Part shown: positions 38,039-47,198 of the stretch, one piece after another
Position numbering within the stretch: position 1 is the stretch's first letter
How the letters are laid out: each line of letters begins with the position of its first letter
Assembly (NCBI RefSeq): GCF_018350175.1
Contig: NC_058368.1
Span: 116,314,001-116,378,000 of the forward strand
From: Felis catus
Lineage: Eukaryota
Reading direction: 5' to 3'
Length of the DNA: 64,000 bases
The notes under the pieces: model-generated
Told to the model about the DNA's origin: nothing
The model's database searches: none
The model's input: only the letters and a program-made list of their open reading frames with translations
Position numbers and translations under genes: made by a program

Positions 38039-38385
38039 TTTTTTTTAATGGTTATTCATTTTTGAGAGACAGATAGACAGACAGACAGTGTGAGCAGGAG
38101 AGGGGCGGGAGACACAGAATTGGAAGCAGGCTCCAGGCTCTGAGCTGTCAGCACAGAGCTTAATGCGGGGCTCAAACCCACAAACCACGAGACCATGACC
38201 TGAGCCAAAGTTGGATACTTAACCAACCGAGCCACCCAGGCACCCCTCTTTTTTTTTTTTTTTAAAGTTTTGGGGTTTTGTTGTTGTTGTTGTTTTAAGT
38301 AACCTCTACACCCAACATGGGGCTTGAACTCACAATCCTGAGATTAAGAGTTGCATGCTCTACTGACTGAGCTAGCCAGGCTCCC
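38039..38385 (-). mobile_element. Two tandem antisense CanSINEs (long and short type)
   Basis: CanSINE text. Confidence 0.86.
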
Positions 38386-38803
38386 TGATTTTGTTAAACA
38401 TTCTGTAGTAAAATTTTTACATAGATTGAAACTTCTGTTACCAAATAAAATTTTAAACCATGGAATTATATCCCAAATGTCTTTGGGGATTATTGCATTG
38501 GTAGAGTTTAAAAACTTGTACATGTACTTTATTTAAAATTTAATATGACAATATGTTAGAACATTTCACAAAATAAAAATGACAGCTGTTTTCATATTCA
38601 CTTATTGCCTTTCTGGCTTGGTTGGCCTACCTGAATAATTAGTATTGCAAACAAGATGCTCAGCACACAAAATGTTCATGCAATTTTTTTTCCTTACCAT
38701 ATCAACATTTTTCTATGTATGACTCTTTGTATTTAATGTAATTTATTTTGAGAGGGTTCTGAGTCTTTCTGTGTTGGCTAATTGTTGATGGTTTTGTTTT
38801 CAG

Positions 38804-38951
38804 TCGTAGTCTGGCAGAAGCTTGTTCAGATGGGGATGTGAATGCTGTTCGTAAATTGCTAGATGAAGGCAGAAGTGTAAATGAACATACAGAAGAAGGA
38901 GAAAGTCTGCTGTGTTTGGCTTGTTCAGCAGGGTATTATGAATTAGCACAA
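38804..38951 (+). CDS. ANKHD1: ANKHD1 exon 4 (148 nt), first ankyrin repeats
   Basis: ttttcag|TCGTAGT; RSLAEACSDGDVNAVRKLLDEGRSVNEHTEEGESLLCLACSAGYYELAQ; CAA|gtaagc. Absent from the ORF track; translated by hand. Confidence 0.97.
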
Positions 38952-39676
38952 GTAAGCAGAAATTATCTTGAGTGATTGAAATTGTGGAAAGATTTTGATT
39001 TTTGTTATCACTAATAAAAGAAATTATAATTAGAGGGCAAGTTCTTTCCTTTCAGGCAGTGGGTAAAATAGAAACTGTACATAATTAATTTTGTTGCCTA
39101 CACACGCAATTGGGCATGGTCCATTTTTCTGCTCAAAAATTTTTTTACTCAGAACTGTTCCTAATGAATAAGAAGCACATAGAAATAATAGTAATATTTT
39201 AAAACTCATCCCTAGAAATAATACACAGCTATAATAGAAAGTAGTGATTTATTTTCATTTCATCCAGATTACCTCAATTCTTATAGTTTTTTTTCTGTCT
39301 GTTTTAGCGGTATTGGGAAATACCCATGTGTTTACCAGATAGTTTCTGTTTGGGGAGTATAGTTTTGCCATTCTCTTGCTAGATAATCCCAAGCATAACA
39401 CAAATTCTTTGAAAAGAGCAGTTAACATTTTATCATGGTTTGGCTAATGTGATTACTTACATTACCTAAAGATTAATATGTAATGGAATTGTAAAAAATA
39501 ATGTCTAACTTAGTGTTTTAAGTGGTGAGCACTGGCATATTTTCCCAAAAGGTGGTTATTTTTTTATTTTTCTTCACCCCTACTCTAAAAGAATATCTTT
39601 CCAGATTCAGTATATTCTCTAGAAGTACTATTAATAGTAAGAATTGACATTCCCTCTGTGTGTATGTGTTTTAAAG

Positions 39677-39824
39677 GTATTGCTTGCTATGCATGCTAAT
39701 GTTGAAGATCGAGGGAATAAAGGAGATATAACTCCCCTAATGGCAGCATCCAGTGGAGGTTACTTAGATATCGTGAAATTATTACTTCTTCATGATGCAG
39801 ATGTCAACTCCCAGTCAGCAACAG
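39677..39824 (+). CDS. ANKHD1: ANKHD1 exon 5 (148 nt), ankyrin repeat
   Basis: ttaaag|GTATTG; VLLAMHANVEDRGNKGDITPLMAASSGGYLDIVKLLLLHDADVNSQSAT; G|gtaagt. Confidence 0.97.
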
Positions 39825-40459
39825 GTAAGTAGAAAGTGATGTGTAAATTTGAGGAAAGGAAACTGATACATTTAATTGTAACCTGAGAGATAAAAATTTG
39901 ATTTTTACATCTGCGCAACAGTAGTGAACCTACAGAAAAATCTTAACCATTGTTCAGGATCTCTGAGTAAAATATAAATTAATTTGATATCAAAAGACTG
40001 AGATTGTGTTTGCCTAAGAGTGACAGTTTTTCTTTTGGGGACACTTTCTTTTTTGCCATAATGATATGTAACATATAAAGAGGCAAAATTATGAACTGTA
40101 TCTCTTATAATTCTTTATCTCATTTAAATCCACCTCTCTTGTCTTTAGATTATAAATTAACCTGAGATTATTTACCCTGTGGTAAATAATTTTCATGTCA
40201 GGCATACCGAATGCATTTACTATTAAGATATTCTTGTGGCAGAATGAAAGTTATTATAGTAAGGGCTGTTCTTTTAGTTATTTGCGTTTCCTAGACACAC
40301 AGACTGGAGGAGCCTTGGTCATGTGTCTTGAGTTATAAGCATAGTTTTAGTAGTAGGATTCCTTGGATTTAATGAGGCAACAACATAATTTTTAAAAATT
40401 TGCATAATGAAAGCATATCAGTGTTTCATACCATTAAGTGAATATTAAATGTAGCCTTA

Positions 40460-40860
40460 TTTTTTTTAATGATTTTTTAAAGTGAATTTATTTATTTTGA
40501 GTGAGCGTGAGGGTACATGCAAGAGGGGAAGGGCAGAGAGAGAGGGAGAGAGAGAATCCCAAGCAGGCCCTGTACTAACAGTGAGGAGGAAGCCCCTAGG
40601 AAGTCTTGCTCATTTTAAAAATAAATTAGGTGAGATGCCTGGGTGGCTCGGTGAGTCAAGCTTCTGACTCTTGGTTTCGGCTCAGGTCATAATCTCATGG
40701 TTCATGAGCTTGAGCCCCATCCCCGGCTCTGTGCTGACAGTATGGAGCCTGCTTGGGATTCTCTCTCTCCCTCTCTCTCTGTTCCTCCTCTGCTCATGTT
40801 CGCTTTTGCGTGCATGCGCTCTCTAAATAAACAAACAAACTTCAAAAAAAAAAAATAATA
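40460..40860. mobile_element. Head-to-head CanSINE pair (left copy internally deleted)
   Basis: Antisense partial copy at 40460-40596; sense copy at about 40628-40860. Confidence 0.85.
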
Positions 40861-41658
40861 AAATAAGCAAGACTTCCCAGAAGGATTTGTAGACCATTTT
40901 GCTGACCACTTTGTCTTAGTTGTAATAATAGTAATATGCTTAATGTGTAACATGGTTGAACAGTTGAATTCTGAACACATTGGATTCTTTAATGTTACTC
41001 TTCTTGCTGAATCTTTAAAACAGTCTTCTTTAGTCTCATACTGTTGGATAGTTAAACCACTTCTCTTACCCCCTCTAATAAATAAAAATCCTCAAAATAA
41101 AATCAGGAAAGAAAGAAGTGGCAAACCAAGGGATAATGACCTTGTAAAGAGATTTTTCTTTTGAAGGAATTATGCTGAGGGGGGTTTATATCTTCCTACT
41201 TCATTAGCTTGTCAAGTGAGATTAAGTGTCATTTAAAAAAAAAATCCCCTTTTAGCATATTTTTATCTAAAATATTCTATGTATCATTCAAAATGATTCT
41301 TTTTTTTCAGTACAGTACAATTTATGAATATTTAACATTTTCTTTCTATGTATATTCATGTCTTAATTTTCTTTTACCTTTCCTTTATACATTTTATTCA
41401 TAAGACAATTCATTGTTTTAGGTACATTTTCCATCTGACACATATCTTTAGCAGGAAGAGAAGTAAATTGACCTGTTTATAATAAATCTTTTAATTAGTA
41501 AGAAAATTAAGATTGCTACTTCTAACCAATAGAACAAAAAAACTTGAGATGATAGTTTTAGTGGTTTATGTAAAGGAACTGAAGAGGTAGAGCTTGAGCA
41601 TGGCATAATTATAATTGTCTCCATTTTATCATAATTCTATATTTTTGGCTTCTGTTAG

Positions 41659-41892
41659 GAAATACTGCACTAACTTACGCCTGTGCTGGAGGATTTGTTG
41701 ACATTGTGAAAGTGCTACTTAATGAAGGTGCAAATATAGAAGATCATAATGAAAATGGACATACCCCCTTGATGGAAGCAGCCAGTGCAGGTCATGTGGA
41801 AGTTGCAAGAGTTCTTCTGGATCATGGGGCAGGCATCAACACTCATTCAAATGAATTCAAAGAAAGTGCTCTTACCCTTGCATGCTACAAAG
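41659..41892 (+). CDS. ANKHD1: ANKHD1 exon 6 (234 nt), ankyrin repeats
   Basis: ctgttag|GAAAT; (G)NTALTYACAGGFVDIVKVLLNEGANIEDHNENGHTPLMEAASAGHVEVARVLLDHGAGINTHSNEFKESALTLACYK; G|gtactc. Confidence 0.97.
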
Positions 41893-41971
41893 GTACTCTC
41901 TCTATATATGAATATTTATATATATTTTTCATATCAACTTTGAATATTTAAATATTTGAATTTTGAGGGTT

Positions 41972-42200
41972 CTTTTTTAGTGTGTATATATTTTGAGCAA
42001 GAGACAGAGAACAGACAGCACGTGCATGTGCATGTGCACAAGCTGGGGAAGGAGCAGAGAGAGAGAGAGAAAATCCCAAGCAGGCTCCACACTCTCAGTG
42101 CAGAGCCCAATGTAGGGCTCGATGTCACAAACCATGAGATCATGACCTAAGACGAAATCAAGAGTTGGACACTCAACTGTCTGAGCCACATAAGCGCCCC
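41972..42200 (-). mobile_element. CanSINE
   Basis: Antisense CanSINE; flanks share ttaaatatttgaatt. Confidence 0.88.
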
Positions 42201-42689
42201 GAGGATTAAATATTTGAATTAATTTTGTATTACTTAGGTTTTCCTTGTGCTGTCAAATTATCTAGCTTCTAAGAGATTATATAGAAAGTCTATTTTAGTC
42301 TGTATCTCATAAAGCATAATTTAACAGTGTGTTTATTATTTTAATTTCTATTTATTCAGGTAGCTATGAAGTCAACAAAAACTTGTAGCATAAAACTTGA
42401 AGGTTTCTGTTATTTAATAACTTTTGTTTTATATGATTTTTCCAACTATTACTTCAAAAATAAAGCACACTCAGATAACAGTAAAAATAATAATCACAGT
42501 TGATATAGAAAACTTGAAAAACACAGAATAGGGTAAGGAAAAGAAATTTTACAATGACATGTAATGTTACCCCCTAAAGATGAAGGCATGTAAACAGTAT
42601 TTTAGTATATTTACTTCCAGTGTGTTTTTTAAGCATATATATATATAAACATATGTATAATTTTTAAACTAAACAACCAAACTTAACTG

Positions 42690-43810
42690 TTTTGTAGTGT
42701 GCTTATTTTATTTAGCAATATGTCATGAACATTTCCCATCTCAAGAAATATTTTTCTAACACAGCTTTTGGTGGTCACATAGTACTTCACTATTTCAGGA
42801 GTGGGTTAGGCTGCACATGTCATGAAACCTAAATTAAGAATTATTTGAACAAAAGAGAAGCTTTTTCTTTTTTACATAAATCAAGTCCAAGGGTAGGCTG
42901 TCTAGAGCTAGTTTAGCAGCAGTTCCACTGCTATCAAGATCTCAGAATTCTCTTTTTTCTGCTCTACCTTTCTAGTATGTGGTTTCTATCCTCAAAGTTA
43001 CCTACACTCCAAAATGGTAGCTAGAGCCCCAGCAATCCATATTCTAGGAAGGATGAAAGGGTAAGGGCAAAATGGGGAGTGTCCTTCAATTTAGTAAGCT
43101 ACCTTTAAGGAATCTTCATAGAAGTTCTGCCTTATAGCTACCACTTATATCTCACCGGCTACACATAACAAGGGAGGCTGGGAAATGTAGTCTTTTAGTC
43201 AGGCATGTTGCCACTCAGATAAAATCAGAGTTCTACTATTAAGGAAGACTGAAAGAGTTGGTATTGGGTAGGGAACTCGTAGTCTTTGCAAATACTTCAG
43301 ATGGATGCACCATAATGCCTATTGTTGGACACTTGAATTGTTCCCAGTTTTTCACTATTATTAAAAACACTGTAATAACATCCTTGTGTAGACATCTTTG
43401 CCTAATCTCTGATTATTTCCTTAGGATAAATTCCTGGAAGTGGAATTGCTGGGTCAAAGGGTATGGACATTTTTAAGGCTTTTGATACATATTGCCAAAT
43501 TGCCTTCTAGAAAGGTTGAACCAATTTACACTCCCACCAGCAGTGTTTGAGAGTGCCCTTTATCCCACCCTACACCCTCACCAACACTGGGTATTATCAT
43601 TCTTTTTAATATTTGCCATTTTGATAATAGAAAATGGTGTCTCATTTTAATTTGCATTTGTTTAATAGGAAGGTTTAATTTTTTTTTTCAGTTTAGTAAT
43701 CATTTGCTTTTCTTTTTTAATAACCATTTCATGTCCTTCATCCATTTTTCTACTGGAGTGTTTGTCTTTTTCTTGCTGACTATTAAGGCTTTTTATATAT
43801 TAAATGTATC
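42690..43810 (-). mobile_element. L1ME-like fragment containing an MLT1-type LTR insert
   Basis: ttcctggaagtggaattgctgggtcaaagggtatggacatttttaaggcttttgatacatattgccaaattgcc is typical L1ME text. Confidence 0.7.
42790..43270 (-). mobile_element. MaLR solo LTR (MLT1-like)
   Basis: Contains recalled MLT1 motifs (caagggaggctgggaaatgtagtctttt; ccaaaatggtagctagagccccagc). Confidence 0.65.
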
Positions 43811-44260
43811 CAGAGGGTTGAAATTATTTTGAAAGGATTATTCTATGCCTGTTCATTTCCACAGTGAGTTTATGGTCATTATGTTAATGCTGTTTTTATG
43901 AAAAATATGATGCAAACATACTTTACCTGGCATTTGATTTGATTTCGGTGTTTTGATTTGATAGTTTGATAAGTAGTTTATAATAGAATATATAATACTA
44001 TTATTGCTTTATTTAACTTGAATTATGTGCTTTGAACTAATTCAATCTTTAAAACCTAGATACCTTGACGAGAGCCTGCTTATTAGTTTGGATTGGCTTT
44101 GTAAAAGTGTCATTGCTTTATTGAATGAAAAATTAATTCTCTTATAAACTTTTGTATAGATACCTGAAAGAAAATGATTCCTCATTTTAATTCTTACGTA
44201 TTAAATTAATACTCAGTTCTTTAGAAATACAATTTTAAAATTTGTGTTCTTTTCTTTAAG

Positions 44261-44355
44261 GCCATCTGGATATGGTTCGCTTTCTACTTGACGCTGGTGC
44301 AGATCAAGAGCACAAAACAGATGAGATGCACACTGCCTTAATGGAGGCTTGCATG
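44261..44355 (+). CDS. ANKHD1: ANKHD1 exon 7 (95 nt), ankyrin repeat
   Basis: tttctttaag|GCCAT; (G)HLDMVRFLLDAGADQEHKTDEMHTALMEACM; ATG|gtaatt, phase 0. Absent from the ORF track; translated by hand. Confidence 0.96.
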
Positions 44356-44459
44356 GTAATTTTAAATTGCACTCACTTGAAACAACATTATTGAAAAACA
44401 ATGTTTTGTTTAACCTTTGTTTTTGTTTTTGTTTTGTTTGTTTTGGAAGAGAACTTTTT

Positions 44460-44653
44460 TTAATGTTTATTTATTTTTGAGAGAGAGATAGAGTGTGAGT
44501 GGGTGAGGGGCAGAGAGCAAGGCAGACGGAGGATCTGAAGCAGGCTCGACGCCAACAGCAGAGAGCCCGATGTGGGGCTCAAACTCAGGAACTGTGAGAT
44601 CAGGATCTGAGCTGAAGTAGGAAGCTTAACCGACTGAGCCACCCAGGTACCCC
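44460..44653 (-). mobile_element. CanSINE inserted between the RPL7A retrocopy poly(A) signal and its tail
   Basis: TSD gaagagaacttttt at 44446-44459 and 44655-44668. Confidence 0.92.
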
Positions 44654-45320
44654 AGAAGAGAACTTTTTATTACTTTTATGTACAGAAAATTCAACAGCAT
44701 ACACTTAGCCCAGTTTGGTGGACAGTTATTTAGCCTTTCCTTTTTCCAACTTGGCAATGCAAACCACTGACTTTGGACCCCGTACGTTGCTTCCCCAGTG
44801 ATAGTGGATCTCATCATATCTGTTGTTGTAATTGGTCCTGATAGCTTCCACCAGCTTAGGCAGAGCTTCTTTGTCTTCCAAGTTAAGCTGTGTGAAGTCA
44901 ACAGTGGTACAGGTCTTTCCGTGGGCCAGAAACCCCAATCTGGGCCTTCCCCTTGATAAAGCAGTAGGGAACCCGCATCTTAAGACACAGGACATGTAGG
45001 AAGTCAATCAGCTCAGTGGGTCCACATCATGTGCAGTTACTACCAAGTGAACCTTCTTATTTTCTATTGAGGTGGTGGTAGTACTAACCCCAGCTTGAAG
45101 GACAGGTGGCCTCTTAGTGGGGACACCCTCTTTCCCTGCAGCTTTCTTCTCAGACCAGGTCAACAGTCTCTCCTTCTTCTCTTGCTTTGTCTCTGTTCTG
45201 TATTTATGGGCCAGCTTAAGCAGCTGAGTAGCTGTTTGGTGGTATAGAGCCTGGGTGAACTGGTTAATTGCGGGAGGTACTTTTATTTTATTTTTATTTT
45301 TTGTGCGGAAGGCACTTTTA

Positions 45321-45762
45321 AAGTTTATTTATTATTTATTTTGAGAGAGTGTGCGAGCATGAGCAGGGGATTAGCAGAGAGAGAGGCAGAATCCCAAGCA
45401 GGCTCCATGCTCACAATATGGAGCCTGATGCCAGGCTTGAACCCACAAACTCTGAGATCATTACCTGAGCCGAAACCAAGAGTTGGATGCTCAACCAAAT
45501 GAGCCATCCAGGTGCCCTCGGGAGGCACTTTTATTTTTTTTTTAATTTATTTTTTTTTTCAACGTTTATTTATTTTTGGGACAGAGAGAGACAGAGCATG
45601 AACGGGGGAGGGGCAGAGAGAGAGGGAGACACAGAATCGGAAACAGGCTCCAGGCTCTGAGCCATCAGCCCAGAGCCCGACGCGGGGCTCGAACTCACGG
45701 ACCGCGAGATCGTGACCTGGCTGAAGTCGGACGCTTAACCGACTGCGCCACCCAGGCGCCCC
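45321..45762 (-). mobile_element. Two CanSINEs (45321-45517; young CpG-rich copy 45534-45762) inside the RPL7A retrocopy
   Basis: Separated and flanked by repeated copies of the target gcactttta. Confidence 0.92.
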
Positions 45763-46155
45763 AAAGCACTTTTAAATGTTCATAGAGTTTATAGCCCTTT
45801 GCCACTATAGGTGGATGTAGTGGGGCCATTTGACAAAGCAGGTAAGGTTCCTTTTGGGCTGGATATCCTGTCTGATGCCAAAATTCTTGGACCTTTTCTC
45901 AGGTGGAATTGACCACCTTCTTGGCCTCCTGCTTCTTCATTGCAGCAGGGGCCAGAGCCACCTTCCTCCCTGTAACCTTCTTTCCTTTTGGCATCTTGGA
46001 TGGCTGGAGGAGACTTGTTTAACTTTAATCGGAAATCTGTCAATGTAGGAAGCACTACAAAAGGCAGGCTTGGCTCTGTCATTTCCAACACACCGATAGA
46101 CTTATTCCCCCCCCCCCCCCCTTTTTTCTGTTTTTGTGTTAAAAGACACATAACA

Positions 46156-47198
46156 GGGGCGCCTGGGTGGCTTAGTCAGTTGGGCGACCGACTTCAGCTC
46201 AGGTCATGATCTTGCAGTCAGTGAGTTCGAGCCCTGCATTGGGCTCTGAGCTGACAGCTCAGAGCCTGGAGCCTGCTTCAGATTCTGTGTCTCCTTCTCT
46301 CTCTGCTCCTCCCCTGCTTGTGCTCTGTCTCTTTCTGTCTCTCAAAAATGGATAAACATTAAAAAAATTAAAAAGACACATAACATAAAATTTACCATCT
46401 TAGCCATTTTTAAAAGATTTTATTAAAATAAATAAATATTTTATTTTTAAGTAATCACTACACCCAACATGGGGCTCAAACTCACAACCCCAAAATCAAG
46501 AATTGCATTTCTAACAACTGAGCCAGCCAGCTGCCTCCCCCATCGTAGCCTTTTTGTTAAGTGTACAGTTCAGTGGTATTAAATACATTAATAATGTTAT
46601 GTAACCATCACCACTGTCCATCTTCATAACTCTTTTCATCTTGTAAAACTGAAATCCTGGGGCGCCTGGGTGGCTCAGTCGGTTGGGCATCCGACTTCGG
46701 CTTAGGTCATGATCTCGCGGTCCGTGGGTTCGAGCCCCGTGTTGGGCTCTGTGCTGACAGCTTGGAGCCTGGAGCCTGTTTCGGATTCTGTGTCTCCCTC
46801 TTTCTCTGACCCTCACCTGTTCATGCTCTCTGTCTGTCTCAAAAATAAATAAATGTTAAAAAAAAAAAAAGTTTAAAAAAAAAAAACTGAAATCCTGTAC
46901 TCATTCAATAACAATTTCCCATTCCCTGCTTTCCCTAGCCCCTGGCAATCACCATTCTATTTTTTGTCTATGATTTTGGCTACTCTAATTATCTTGCTGA
47001 AGACTAATCATACAGGGCACCTGGGTGGCTCTATTGGTTAAAGTGTCTGACTCTTGATTTTGGCTCACATCATGATCTCAGGGTTGTGAGATTTAGCCCT
47101 GCATCAGGCTCTGCATTGAGCACGGAGCCTACTTAAGATTCTCTCTCCCTCTCTCTGCCCCTCTCCTGCTCTTTCTCTCTCTCTACAATAAAAAATGA
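46156..47198. mobile_element. Four CanSINEs (46156-46370 +, 46415-46541 - short, 46659-46883 +, 47015-47198 +)
   Basis: TSDs aaaagacacataaca and aaaactgaaatcctg for the first and third copies. Confidence 0.86.

Larger units (their letters stand above)
44416..46013 (-). pseudogene. RPL7A: RPL7A (60S ribosomal protein eL8) processed pseudogene, interrupted by three SINEs and a short A-rich insert
   Basis: ATG at 45994 (-) gives [29 protein letters not shown], then a frameshift. C-terminus ...[38 protein letters not shown]...KAK*LSTKLG* (stop 44705-44707). Intronless; AATAAA at 44666-44671 (-); decayed poly(A) about 44416-44444; TSD ttgtttaac(c)ttt at 44406-44418 and 46015-46026. Confidence 0.95.
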
